From NCBI GenBank assembly GCA_964016885.1, contig CAXHJY010000329.1, positions 95,869 to 159,868 on the forward strand: a stretch of 64,000 nucleotides of DNA, given 5' to 3'. Of this stretch, positions 16,101-31,599 are shown one piece after another. The translations under genes and the position numbers were made by a program. Numbering within the stretch: position 1 is the stretch's first letter; each line of letters begins with the position of its first letter. A model generated the notes under the pieces. It ran no database searches, was not told where the DNA came from, and saw nothing but the letters and a program-made list of their open reading frames with translations. Source of the stretch: Eledone cirrhosa (lineage: Eukaryota).

Positions 16101-16960
16101 AGAATGGGTGGAGCATCAGACACCAGAGTTATGGTTTATACGCCCTGTTGTTAGACTATAATATTGGCAGAATGGGTGGAGCGTCAGACACCAGAGTTAT
16201 GGTTTATACGCCCTGTTATTAGACTATAATATTGGCAGAATGGGTGGAGCGTCAGACAACAGAGTTATGGTTTATACGCCCTGTTATTAGACTATAATAT
16301 TGGCAGAATGGGTGGAGCGTCAGACAACAGAGTTATGGTTTATACGCCCTGTTATTAGACTATAATATTGGCAGCATGGGTGGAGCGTCAGACAACAGAG
16401 TTATGGTTTATACGCCCTGTTATTAGACTATAATATTGGCAGAATGGGTGGAGCGTCAGACAACAGAGTTATGGTTTATACGCCCTGTTATTAGACTATA
16501 ATATTGGCAGAATGGGTGGAGCGTCAGACAACAGAGTTATGGTTTATACGCCCTGTTATTAGACAATAATATTGGCAGAATGGGTGGAGCGTCAGACAAC
16601 AGAGTTATGGTTTATACGCCCTGTTATTAGACTATAATATTGGCAGAATGGGTGGAGCGTCAGACAACAGAGTTATGGTTTATACGCCCTGTTATTAGAC
16701 TATAATATTGGCAGAATGGGTGGGGTGTCTGACAACAGAGTTATGGTTTATACGCCCTGTTATTAGACAATAATATTGGCAGAATGGGTGGGGCGTCTGA
16801 CAACAGAGTTATGGTTTATACGCCCTGTTATTAGACAATAATATTGGCAGAATGGGTGGAGCGTCAGACAACAGGTTTATGATTTATACGCCCTGTTATT
16901 AGACTATAATATTGGCAGAATGGGTGGAGCGTCAGACAACAGATTTATGGTTTATACGCA
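4170..16960 (+). repeat. 6390-bp higher-order tandem duplication within the satellite (94 monomers minus 2 bp)
   Basis: Variant-marked ORFs recur at exactly +6390 (4946/11336, 5558/11948, 7598/13988, 8006/14396, 8550/14940, 8890/15280). The 2-bp deletion variant TACGCAGTT recurs at ~10570 and ~16960. Boundaries are approximate. Confidence 0.9.
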
Positions 16961-19900
16961 GTTATTAGACTATAATATTGGCAGAATGGGTGGAGCGTCA
17001 GACACCAGAGTTATGGTTTATACGCCCTGTTATTAGACAATAATATTGGCAAAATGGGTGGAGCGTCAGACACCAGAGTTATGTTTTACACGCCCTGTTA
17101 TTAGACTATAATATTGGCAGAATGGGTGGAGTGTCAGACAACAGTGTTATGGTTTATACGCCCTGTTATTAGACAATAATATTGGCAGAATGGGTGGAGC
17201 GTCAGACACCAGAGTTATGGTTTATACGCCCTGTTATTAGACAATAATATTGGCAGAATGGGTGGACTGTCAGACAACAGTGTTATGGTTTATACGCCCT
17301 GTTATTAGACAATAATATTGGCAGAATGGGTGGAGCGTCAGACACCAGAGTTATGGTTTATACGCCCTGTTATTAGACTATAATATTGGCAGAATGGGTG
17401 GAGTGTCAGACAACAGTGTTATGGTTTATACGCCCTGTTATTAGACTATAATATTGGCAGAATGGGTGGAGCGTCAGACACCAGAGTTATGGTTTATACG
17501 CCCTGTTATTAGACAATAATATTGGCAGAATGGGTGGAGCGTCAGACAACAGAGTCATAGTTTATACGCCCTGTTATTAGGCTATAACATTGGCAGAATG
17601 GGTGGAGCGTCAGACACCAGATTTATGGTTTATACGCCCAGTTATTAGACTATAATATTGGCAGAATGGGTGGAGCGTCAGACAACAGAGTTATAGTTTA
17701 TACGCCCTGTTATTAGACTATAATATTGGCAGAATGGGTGGAGCGTCAGACACCAGAGTTATGGTTTATACGCCCTGTTATTAGACTATAATATTGGCAG
17801 AATGGGTGGAGCGTCAGACAACAGAGTTATGGTTAATACGCCCTGTTATTAGCCTATACTATTGGCAGAATGGGTGGAGTGTCAGACAACAGTGTTATGG
17901 TTTATACGCCCTGTTATTAGACTATAATATTGGCAGAATGGGTAGAGCGTCAGACAACAGAATTATGGTTTATACGCCCTGTTATTAGACTATAATATTG
18001 GCAGAATTGGTGGAGCGGCAGACAACAGAGATATGGTTTATACGCCCTGTTATTAGACTATAATATTGGCAGAATCTGTGGAGCGTCAGACAATAGAGTT
18101 ATGGTTTATACGCCCTGTTATTATACTATAATATTGGCAGAATGGGTGGAGCGTCAGACACCAGAGTTATGGTTTATACGCCCTGTTATTAGACTATAAT
18201 ATTGGCAGAATGGGTGGAGCGTCAGACACCAGAGTCATGGTTTATACGCCCAGTTATTAGACTATCATATTGGCAGAAAGGGTGGAGCGTCAGACAACAG
18301 AGTCATGGTTTATGCGCCCTGTTATTAGACTATAATATTGGCAGAATGGGTGGAGCGTCAGACACCAGAGATATGGTTTATAAGCCCTGTTATTAGACTA
18401 TAATATTGGCAGAATCAGTGGAGCGTCAGACACCAGAGTTATGGTTTATACGCCCTGTTATTAGACTATAATATTGGCAGAATCTGTGGAGCGTCAGACA
18501 ACAGAGTTATGGTTTATACGCCCTGTTATTAGACTATAATATTGGCAGAATGGGTGGAGCGTCAGACACCAGAGTTATGGTTTATACGCCCTGTTATTAG
18601 ACTATAATATTGGCAGAATGGGTGGAGCGTTAGACACCAGAGTTATGGTTTATACGCCCTGTTATTAGACTATAATATTGGCAAAATGGGTGGAGCGTCA
18701 GACAACAGAGTCATGGTTTATACGCCCTGTTATTAGACTATAATATTGGCAGAATGGGTGGAGCATCAGACACCAGAGTTATGGTTTATACGCCCTGTTA
18801 TTAGACTATAATATTGGCAGAATGGGTGGAGCGTCAGACAACAGAGTTATGGTTTATGCGCCCTGTTATTAGACTATAATATTGGCAGAATGGGTGGAGC
18901 GTCAGACACCAGAGTTATGGTTTATACGCCCTATTATTAGACTATAATATTGGCAGAATGGGTGGAGCGTCAGACAAAAGAGTTATGGTTTATACGCCCT
19001 GTTATTAGACTATAATATTGGCAGAATGGGTGGAGCGTCAGACAACAGAGTTATGGTTTATACGCCCTGTTATTAGACTATAATATTGGCAGAATGGGTG
19101 GGGCGTCAGACAAAAGAGTTATGGGTTATACGCCCTGTTATTAGACTATAATATTGGCAGAATGGGTGGAGCGTCTGACAACAGAGTTATGGTTTATACG
19201 CCCTGTTATTAGACTATAATATTGGCAGAATGGGTGGAGCGTCAGACAACAGACTTATGGTTTATACGCCCTGTTATTAGACTATAATATTGGCAGAATG
19301 GGTGGAGCGGCAGACAACAGAGATATGGTTTATACGCCCTGTTATTAGACTGTAATATTGGCAGAATCTGTGGAGCGTCAGACCAGAGAGTTATGGTTTA
19401 TACGCCCTGTTATTAGACTATAATATTGGCAGAATGGGTGGAGCGTCAGACACCAGAGTTATGGTTTATACGCCCTGTTATTAGACTATAATATTGGCAG
19501 AATGGGTGGAGCGTCAGACAACAGAGTTATGGTTTATACTCCCTGTTATTAGACTATAATATTGGCAGAATGGGTGGAGCGTCAGACAACAGAGTTATGG
19601 TTTATACGCCCTGTTATTAGACAATAATATTGGCAGAATGGGTGGAGCGTCAGACAACAGAGTTATGGTTTATACGCCCTGTTATTAGACTATAATATTG
19701 GCAGAATGGGTGGAGCGTCAGACAACAGAGTTATGGTTTATACTCCCTGTTATTAGACTATAATATTGGCAGAATGGGTGGAGCGTCAGACAACAGACTT
19801 ATGGTTTATACGCCCTGTTATTAGACTATAATATTGGCAGAATGGGTGGAGCAGCAGACAACAGAGATATGGTTTATACGCCCTGTTATTAGACTATAAT

Positions 19901-22900
19901 ATTGGCAGAATCTGTGGAGCGTCAGACAATAGAGTTATGATTTATACGCCCTGTTATTAGACTATAATATTGGCAGACTGGGTGGAGCGTCAGACACCAG
20001 AGTTATGGTTTATACGCCCTGTTATTAGACTATAATATTGGCAGAATGGGTGGAGCGTCAGACAACAGGTTTATGATTTATACGCCCTGTTATTAGACTA
20101 TAATATTGGCAGAATGGGTGGAGCGTCAGACAACAGAGTTATGGTTTATACGCAGTTATTAGACTATAATATTGGCAGAATGGGTGGAGCATCAGACACC
20201 AGAGTTATGGTTTATACGCCCTGTTATTAGACTATAATATTGGCAGAATGTGTGGAGCGTCAGACAACAGAGTTATGGTTTATACGCACTGTTATTAGAC
20301 TATAATATTGGCAGAATGGGTGGAGCGTCAGACACCAGAGTTATGGTTTATACGCCCTGTTATTAGACTATAATATTGGCAGAATGGGTGGAGCATCAGA
20401 CAACAGAGTTATGGTTTATACGCCCTGTTATTAGACTATAATATTGGCAGAATGGGTGGAGCATCAGGCACCAGAGTTATGATTTATACGCCCTGGTATT
20501 AGACTATAATATTGGCAGAATTGGTGGAGCGTCAGACAACAGAGTTATGGTTTATACGTCCGGTTATTAGACTATAATATTGGCAGAATGGGTGGAGCGT
20601 CAGACACCAGAGTTATGGTTTATACGCCCTGTTATTAGACTATAATATTGGCAGAATGGGTGGAGCGTCAGACACCAGAGTTATGGTTTTTACGCCCTGT
20701 TATTAGACTATAATATTGACAGAATGGGTGGAGCATCAGACACCAGAGTTATGGTTTATACGCCCTGTTATTAGACTATAATATTGGCAGAATGGGTGGA
20801 GCATCAGACACCAGAGTTATGGTTTATACACCCTGTTATTAGACTATAATATTGGCAGAAAGGGTGAAGCGTCAGACAACAGAGTTATGGTTTATACGCC
20901 CTGTTATTAGACTATAATATTGGCAGAATGGGTGGAGCATCAGACACCAGAGTTATGGTTTATACGCCCTGTTATTAGACTATAATATTGGCAGAATGGG
21001 TGGAGCGTCAGACACCAGAGTTATGGTTTATACGCCCTGTTATTAGACTATAATATTGGCAGAATGGGTGGAGCATCAGACACCAGAGTTATGGTTTATA
21101 CGCCCTGTTATTAGACTATAATATTGGCAGAATGGGTGGAGCATCAGACACCAGAGTTATGGTTATTACGCCCTGTTATTAGACTATAATATTGGCAGAA
21201 TGGGTGGAGCGTCAGACAACAGAGTTATGGTTTATACGCCCTGTTATTAGACTATAATATTGGCAGAATGGGTGGAGCGTCAGACAACAGAGTTATGGTT
21301 TATACGCCCTGTTATTAGACTATCATATTGGCAGAATGGGTGGAGCGTCAGACAACAGAGTTATGGTTTATACGCCCTGTTATTAGACTATAATATTGGC
21401 AGAATGGGTGGAGCGTCAGACACCAGAGTTATGGTTTATACGCCCTGTTATTAGACTATAATATTGGCAGAATGGGTGGAGCGTCAGACAACAGAGTTAT
21501 GGTTTATACGCCCTGTTATTAGACTATAATATTGGCAGAATGGGTGGAGCGTCAGACAACAGAGTTTTGGTTTATACGCTCTGTTATCAGACTATAATAT
21601 TGGCAGAATGGGTGGAGCGTCAGACACCAGAGTTATGGGTCATACGCCCTGTTATTAGACTATAATATTGGCAGAATGGGTGGAGCGTCAGACAACAGAG
21701 TTATGGTTTATACGCCCTGTTATTAGACTATAATATTGGCAGAACGGGTGGAGCGTCAGACAACAGAGTTATGGTTTATACGCCCTGTTATTAGACTATA
21801 ATATTGGCAGCATGGGTGGAGCGTCAGACGACAGAGTTATGGTTTATACGCCTTGTTATTAGACTATAATATTGGCAGAATGTGTGGAGCGTCAGACAAC
21901 AGAGTTATGGTTTATACGCCCTGTTATTAGACTATAATATTGGCAGAATGGGTGGAGCGTCAGACAAGAGAGTTATGGTTTATACAACCTGCTATTAGAC
22001 AATAATATTGGCAGAATTGGTGGAGCGTCAGACAACAGAGTTATGGTTTATACGCCCTGTTATTAGACTATAGTATTGGCAGAATGGGTGGAGCGTCAGA
22101 CAACAGAGTTATGGTTTATACGCCCTGTTATTAGACTATAATATCGGCAGAATGGGTGGAGCGTCAGACACCAGAGTTATGGTTTATACGCCCTGTTATT
22201 AGACTATAATATTGGCAGAATGGGTGGAGCGTCAGACAACAGAGTTATGGTTTATACGCCCTGTTATTAGACTATAATATTGGCAGAATGGGTGGAGCAT
22301 CAGACACCAGAGTTATGGTTTATACGCCCTGTTGTTAGACTATAATATTGGCAGAATGGGTGGAGCGTCAGACACCAGAGTTATGGTTTATACGCCCTGT
22401 TATTAGACTATAATATTGGCAGAATGGGTGGAGCGTCAGACAACAGAGTTATGGTTTATACGCCCTGTTATTAGACTATAATATTGGCAGAATGGGTGGA
22501 GCGTCAGACAACAGAGTTATGGTTTATACGCCCTGTTATTAGACTATAATATTGGCAGAATGGTAGGGGCGTCAGACAACAGAGTTATAGTTTAAACGCC
22601 CTGTTATTAGACTATAATATTGGGAGAATGGGTGGAGCGTCTGACAACAGAGTTATGGTTTATACGCCCTGTTATTAGACTATAATATTGGCAGAATGGG
22701 TGGAGCGTCAGACAACAGACTTATGTTTTATACGCCCTGTTATTAGACTATAATATTGGCAGAATGGGTGGAGCGGCAGACAACAGAGATATGGTTTATA
22801 CGCCCTGTTATTAGACTATAATATTGGCAGAATCTGTGGAGCGTCAGACAATAGAGTTATGGTTTATACGCCCTGTTATTAGACTATAATATTGGCAGAA

Positions 22901-25900
22901 TGGGTGGAGCGTCAGACAACAGAGTTATGGTTTATACGCCCTGTTATTAGACTATAATATTGGCAAAATGGGTGGAGCGTCAGACACCAGAGTTATGTTT
23001 TATACGCCCTGTTATTAGACTATAATATTGGCAGAATGGGTGGAGTGTCAGACAACAGTGTTATGGTTTATACGCCCTGTTATTAGACTATAATATTGGC
23101 AGAATAGGTGGAGCGTCAGACAACAGAGTTATGGTTTATACGCCCTGTTATTAGACTATAATATTGGCAGAATGGGTGGAGCGTCAGACAACAGACTTAT
23201 GTTTTATACGCCCTGTTATTAGACTATAATATTGGCAGAATGGGTGGAGCGGCAGACAACAGAGATATGGTTTATACGCCCTGTTATTAGACTATAATAT
23301 TGGCAGAATCTGTGGAGCGTCAGACAATAGAGTTATGGTTTATACGCCCTGTTATTAGACTATAATATTGGCAGAATGGGTGGAGCGTCAGACAACAGAG
23401 TTATGGTTTATACGCCCTGTTATTAGACTATAATATTGGCAAAATGGGTGGAGCGTCAGACACCAGAGTTATGTTTTATACGCCCTGTTATTAGACTATA
23501 ATATTGGCAGAATGGGTGGAGTGTCAGACAACAGTGTTATGGTTTATACGCCCTGTTATCAGACTATAATATTGGCAGAATGGGTGGAGCGTCAGGCACC
23601 AGAGTTATGGTTTATACGCCCTGTTATTAGACTATAATATTGGCAGAATGGGTGGAGCGTCAGACACCAGAGTTCTGGTTTATGCGCCCTGTTATTAGAC
23701 TATATTATTGGCAGAATGTGTGGAGCGTCAGACAACAGAGTTATGGTTTATACGCACTGTTATTAGACTATAATATTGGCAGAATGGGTGGAGCGTCAGA
23801 CACCAGAGTTATGGTTTATACGCCCTGTTATTAGACTATAATATTGGCAGAATGGGTGGAGCGTCAGACAACAGAGTTATGGTTTATACGCCCTGTTATT
23901 AGACTATAATATTGGCAGAATGGGTGGAGCATCAGACACAGAGTTATGGTTTATACGCCCTGTTATTAGACTATAATATTGGCAGAATGGGTGGAGCGTC
24001 AGACACCAGAGTTATAGTTTATACGCCCTGTTATTAGACTATAATATTGGCAGAATGGGTGGAGCATCAGACACCAGAGTTATGGTTTATACGCCCTGTT
24101 ATTAGACTATAATATTGGCAGAATGGGTGGAGCATCAGACAGCAGAGTTATGGTTTATACGCCCTGTTATTAGACTATAATATTGGCAGAATGGGTGGAG
24201 CGTCAGACAACAGAGTTTTGGTTTATACGCCCTGTTATTAGACTATAATATTGGCAGAATGGGTGGAGCGTCAGACAACAGAGTTATGGTTTATACGCCC
24301 TGTTATTAGACTATCATATTGGCAGAATGGGTGGAGCGTCAGACAACAGAGTTATGGTTTATACGCCCTGTTATTAGACTATAATATTGGCAGAATGGGT
24401 GGAGCGTCAGACACCAGAGTTATGGTTTATACGCCCTGTTATTAGACTATAATATTGGCAGAATGGGTGGAGCGTCAGACAACAGAGTTATGGTTTATAC
24501 GCCCTCTTATTAGACTATAATATTGGCAGAATGGGTGGAGCGTCAGACAACAGAGTTATGGTTTATACGCCCTGTTATTAGACTATAATATTGGCAGAAT
24601 GGGTGGAGCGTCAGACAACAGAGTTATGGTTTATACGCTCTGTTATCAGACTATAATATTGGCAGAATGGGTGGAGCGTCAGACACCAGAGTTATGGTTT
24701 ATACGCCCTGTTATTAGACTATAATATTGGCAGAATGGGTGGAGCGTCAGACAACAGAGTTATGGTTTATACGCCCTGCTATTAGACAATAATATTGGCA
24801 GAATGGGTGGAGCGTCACACAACAGAGTTATGGTTTATACGCCCTGTTATTAGACTATAGTATTGGCAGAATGGGTGGAGCGTCAGACAACAGAGTTATG
24901 GTTTATACGCCCTGTTATTAGACTATAATATCGGCAGAATGGGTGGAGCGTCAGACACCAGAGTTATGGTTTATACGCCCTGTTATTAGACTATAATATT
25001 GGCAGAATGGGTGGAGCGTCAGACAACAGAGTTATGGTTTATACGCCCTGTTATTAGACTATAATATTGGCAGAATGGGTGGAGCATCAGACACCAGAGT
25101 TATGGTTTATACGCCCTGTTGTTAGACTATAATATTGGCAGAATGGGTGGAGCGTCAGACACCAGAGTTATGGTTTATACGCCCTGTTATTAGACTATAA
25201 TATTGGCAGAATGGGTGGAGCGTCAGACAACAGAGTTATGGTTTATACGCCCTGTTATTAGACTATAATATTGGCAGAATGGGTGGAGCGTCAGACAACA
25301 GAGTTATGGTTTATACGCCCTGTTATTAGACTATAATATTGGCAGCATGGGTGGAGCGTCAGACACCAGAGTTATGGTTTATACGCCCTGTTATTAGACT
25401 ATAATATTGGCAGAATGGGTGGAGCGTCAGACAACAGAGTTATGGTTTATACGCCCTGTTATTAGACTATAATATTGGCAGAATGGGTGGAGCATCAGAC
25501 ACCAGAGTTATGGCTAATACGCCCTGTTATTAGACTATAATATTGGCAGAATGGGTGGAGCATCAGACACCAGAGTTATGGTTTATACGCCCTGTTGTTA
25601 GACTATAATATTGGCAGAATGGGTGGAGCATCAGACACCAGAGTTATGGTTTATACGCCCTGTTATTAGACTATAATATTGGCAGAATGGGTGGAGCATC
25701 AGACACCAGAGTTATGGTTTATACGCCCTGTTGTTAGACTATAATATTGGCAGAATGGGTGGAGCGTCAGACACCAGAGTTATGGTTTATACGCCCTGTT
25801 ATTAGACTATAATATTGGCAGAATGAGTGGAGCGTCAGACAACAGAGTTATGGTTTATACGCCCTGTTATTAGACTATAATATTGGCAGAATGGGTGGAG

Positions 25901-28900
25901 CATCAGACACCAGAGTTATGGTTTATACGCCCTGTTGTTAGACTATAATATTGGCAGAATGGGTGGAGCGTCAGACACCAGAGTTATGGTTTATACGCCC
26001 TGTTATTAGACTATAATATTGGCAGAATGGGTGGAGCATCAGACACCAGAGTTATGGTTTATACGCCCTGTTATCAGACTATAATATTGGCAGAATGGGT
26101 GGAGCGTCAGACACCAGAGTTATGGTTTATACGCCCTGTTATTAGACTATAATATCGGCAGAATGGGTGGAGCGTCAGACACCAGAGTTATGGTTTATAC
26201 GCCCTGTTATTAGACTATAATATTGGCAGAATGGGTGGAGCGTCAGACAACAGAGTTATGGTTTATACGCCCTGCTATTAGACAATAATATTGGCAGAAT
26301 GGGTGGAGCGTCACACAACAGAGTTATGGTTTATACGCCCTGTTATTAGACTATAGTATTGGCAGAATGGGTGGAGCGTCAGACAACAGAGTTATGGTTT
26401 ATACGCCCTGTTATTAGACTATAATATCGGCAGAATGGGTGGAGCGTCAGACACCAGAGTTATGGTTTATACGCCCTGTTATTAGACTATAATATTGGCA
26501 GAATGGGTGGAGCGTCAGACAACAGAGTTATGGTTTATACGCCCTGTTATTAGACTATAATATTGGCAGAATGGGTGGAGCATCAGACACCAGAGTTATG
26601 GTTTATACGCCCTGTTGTTAGACTATAATATTGGCAGAATGGGTGGAGCGTCAGACACCAGAGTTATGGTTTATACGCCCTGTTATTAGACTATAATATT
26701 GGCAGAATGGGTGGAGCGTCAGACAACAGAGTTATGGTTTATACGCCCTGTTATTAGACTATAATATTGGCAGAATGGGTGGAGCGTCAGACAACAGAGT
26801 TATGGTTTATACGCCCTGTTATTAGACTATAATATTGGCAGCATGGGTGGAGCGTCAGACACCAGAGTTATGGTTTATACGCCCTGTTATTAGACTATAA
26901 TATTGGCAGAATGGGTGGAGCGTCAGACAACAGAGTTATGGTTTATACGCCCTGTTATTAGACTATAATATTGGCAGAATGGGTGGAGCATCAGACACCA
27001 GAGTTATGGCTAATACGCCCTGTTATTAGACTATAATATTGGCAGAATGGGTGGAGCATCAGACACCAGAGTTATGGTTTATACGCCCTGTTGTTAGACT
27101 ATAAATTTTGGCAGAATGGGTGGAGCATCAGACACCAGAGTTATGGTTTATACGCCCTGTTATTAGACTATAATATTGGCAGAATGGGTGGAGCATCAGA
27201 CACCAGAGTTATGGTTTATACGCCCTGTTGTTAGACTATAATATTGGCAGAATGGGTGGAGCGTCAGACACCAGAGTTATGGTTTATACGCCCTGTTATT
27301 AGACTATAATATTGGCAGAATGGGTGGAGCGTCAGACAACAGAGTTATGGTTTATACGCCCTGTTATTAGACTATAATATTGGCAGAATGGGTGGAGCAT
27401 CAGACACCAGAGTTATGGTTTATACGCCCTGTTGTTAGACTATAATATTGGCAGAATGGGTGGAGCGTCAGACACCAGAGTTATGGTTTATACGCCCTGT
27501 TATTAGACTATAATATTGGCAGAATGGGTGGAGCATCAGACACCAGAGTTATGGTTTATACGCCCTGTTGTTAGACTATAATATTGGCAGAATGGGTGGA
27601 GCATCAGACACCAGAGTTATGGTTTATACGCCCTGTTGTTAGACTATAATATTGGCAGAATGGGTGGAGCGTCAGACACCAGAGTTATGGTTTATACGCC
27701 CTGTTATTAGACTATAATATTGGCAGAATGGGTGGAGCATCAGACACCAGAGTTATGGTTTATACGCCCTGTTGTTAGACTATAATATTGGTAGAATGGG
27801 TGGAGCGTCAGACACCAGAGTTATGGTTTATACGCCCTGTTATTAGACTATAATATTGGCAGAATGGGTGGAGCGTCAGACAACAGAGTTATGGTTTATA
27901 CGCCCTGTTATTAGACTATAATATTGGCAGAATGGGTGGAGCGTCAGACAACAGAGTTATGGTTTATACGCCCTGTTATTAGACTATAATATTGGCAGAA
28001 TGGGTGGGGCGTCAGACAACAGAGTTATAGTTTAAACGCCCTGTTATTAGACTATAATATTGGCAGAATGGGTGGAGCGTCTGACAACAGAGTTATGGTT
28101 TATACGCCCTGTTATTAGACTATAATATTGGCAGAATAGGTGGAGCGTCAGACAACAGAGTTATGGTTTATACGCCCTGTTATTAGACTATAATATTGGC
28201 AGAATGGGTGGAGCGTCAGACAACAGACTTATGTTTTATACGCCCTGTTATTAGACTATAATATTGGCAGAATGGGTGGAGCGGCAGACAACAGAGATAT
28301 GGTTTATACGCCCTGTTATTGGACTATAATATTGGCAGAATCTGTGGAGCGTCAGACAATAGAGTTATGGTTTATACGCCCTGTTATTAGACTATAATAT
28401 TGGCAGAATGGGTGGAGCGTCAGACACCAGAGTTATGGTTTATACGCCCTGTTATTAGACTATAATATTGGCAGAATGGGTGGAGCGTCAGACAACAGGT
28501 TTATGATTTATACGCCCTGTTATTAGACTATAATATTGGCAGAATGGGTGGAGCGTCAGACAACAGAGTTATGGTTTATACGCCCTGTTATTAGACTATA
28601 ATATTGGCAGAATGGGTGGAGCGTCAGACAACAGAGTTATGGTTTATACGCCCTGTTATTAGACTATAATATTGGCAGAATGGGTGGAGCGTCAGACAAC
28701 AGAGTTATGTTTTATACGCCCTGTTATTAGACTATAATATTGGCAGAATGGGTGGAGTGTCAGACAACAGTGTTATGGTTTATACGCCCTGTTATTAGAC
28801 TATAATATTGGCAGAATGGGTGGAGCGTCAGGCACCAGAGTTATGGTTTATACGCCCTGTTATTAGACTATAATATTGGCAGAATGGGTGGAGCGTCAGA

Positions 28901-31599
28901 CACCAGAGTTCTGGTTTATGCGCCCTGTTATTAGACTATATTATTGGCAGAATGTGTGGAGCGTCAGACAACAGAGTTATGGTTTATACGCACTGTTATT
29001 AGACTATAATATTGGCAGAATGGGTGGAGCGTCAGACACCAGAGTTATGGTTTATACGCCCTGTTATTAGACTATAATATTGGCAGAATGGGTGGAGCGT
29101 CAGACAACAGAGTTATGGTTTATACGCCCTGTTATTAGACTATAATATTAGCAGAATGGGTGGAGCATCAGACACCAGAGTTATGGTTTATACGCCCTGT
29201 TATTAGACTATAATATTGGCAGAATGGGTGGAGCGTCAGACACCAGAGTTATAGTTTATACGCCCTGTTATTAGACTATAATATTGGCAGAATGGGTGGA
29301 GCATCAGACACCAGAGTTATGGTTTATACGCCCTGTTATTAGACTATAATATTGGCAGAATGGGTGGAGCATCAGACAGCAGAGTTATGGTTTATACGCC
29401 CTGTTATTAGACTATAATATTGGCAGAATGGGTGGAGCGTCAGACAACAGAGTTTTGGTTTATACGCCCTGTTATTAGACTATAATATTGGCAGAATGGG
29501 TGGAGCGTCAGACAACAGAGTTATGGTTTATACGCCCTGTTATTAGACTATCATATTGGCAGAATGGGTGGAGCGTCAGACAACAGAGTTATGGTTTATA
29601 CGCCCTGTTATTAGACTATAATATTGGCAGAATGGGTGGAGCGTCAGACACCAGAGTTATGGTTTATACGCCCTGTTATTAGACTATAATATTGGCAGAA
29701 TGGGTGGAGCGTCAGACAACAGAGTTATGGTTTATACGCCCTGTTATTAGACTATAATATTCGCAGAATGGGTGGAGCGTCAGACAACAGAGTTATGGTT
29801 TATACGCCCTGTTATTAGACTATAATATTGGCAGAATGGGTGGAGCGTCAGACAACAGAGTTATGGTTTATACGCTCTGTTATCAGACTATAATATTGGC
29901 AGAATGGGTGGAGCGTCAGACACCAGAGTTATGGTTTATACGCCCTGTTATTAGACTATAATATTGGCAGAATGGGTGGAGCGTCAGACAACAGAGTTAT
30001 GGTTTATACGCCCTGCTATTAGACAATAATATTGGCAGAATGGGTGGAGCGTCACACAACAGAGTTATGGTTTATACGCCCTGTTATTAGACTATAGTAT
30101 TGGCAGAATGGGTGGAGCGTCAGACAACAGAGTTATGGTTTATACGCCCTGTTATTAGACTATAATATCGGCAGAATGGGTGGAGCGTCAGACACCAGAG
30201 TTATGGTTTATACGCCCTGTTATTAGACTATAATATTGGCAGAATGTGTGGAGCGTCAGACAACAGAGTTATGGTTTATACGCCCTGTTATTAGACTATA
30301 ATATTGGCAGAATCTGTGGAGCGTCAGACAAAAGAGTTATGGTTTATACGCCCTGTTATTAGACTATAATATTGGCAGAATGGGTGGAGCGTCAGACACC
30401 AGAGTTATGGTTTATACGCCCTGTTATTAGACTATAATATTGGCAGAATGGGTGGAGCGTCAGACACCAGAGTTATGGTTTATACGCCCTGTTATTAGAC
30501 TATAATATTGGCAGAATGGGTGGAGCGTCAGACAACAGAGTTATGGTTAATACGCCCTGTTATTAGCCTATACTATTGGCAGAATGGGTGGAGTGTCAGA
30601 CAACAGTGTTATGGTTTATACGCCCTGTTATTAGACTATAATATTGGCAGAATGGGTAGAGCGTCAGACAACAGAATTATGGTTTATACGCCCTGTTATT
30701 AGACTATAATATTGGCAGAATTGGTGGAGCGGCAGACAACAGAGATATGGTTTATACGCCCTGTTATTAGACTATAATATTGGCAGAATCTGTGGAGCGT
30801 CAGACAATAGAGTTATGGTTTATACGCCCTGTTATTATACTATAATATTGGCAGAATGGGTGGAGCGTCAGACACCAGAGTTATGGTTTATACGCCCTGT
30901 TATTAGACTATAATATTGGCAGAATGGGTGGAGCGTCAGACACCAGAGTCATGGTTTATACGCCCAGTTATTAGACTATCATATTGGCAGAAAGGGTGGA
31001 GCGTCAGACAACAGAGTCATGGTTTATGCGCCCTGTTATTAGACTATAATATTGGCAGAATGGGTGGAGCGTCAGACACCAGAGATATGGTTTATAAGCC
31101 CTGTTATTAGACTATAATATTGGCAGAATCAGTGGAGCGTCAGACACCAGAGTTATGGTTTATACGCCCTGTTATTAGACTATAATATTGGCAGAATCTG
31201 TGGAGCGTCAGACAACAGAGTTATGGTTTATACGCCCTGTTATTAGACTATAATATTGGCAGAATGGGTGGAGCGTCAGACACCAGAGTTATGGTTTATA
31301 CGCCCTGTTATTAGACTATAATATTGGCAGAATGGGTGGAGCGTTAGACACCAGAGTTATGGTTTATACGCCCTGTTATTAGACTATAATATTGGCAGAA
31401 TGGGTGGAGCGTCAGACAACAGAGTTTTGGTTTATACGCCCTGTTATTAGACTATCATATTGGCAGAATGGGTGGAGCGTCAGACAACAGAGTTATGGTT
31501 TATACGCCCTGTTATTAGACTATAATATTGGCAGAATGGGTGGAGCGTCAGACACCAGAGTTATGGTTTATACGCCCTGTTATTAGACTATAATATTGG

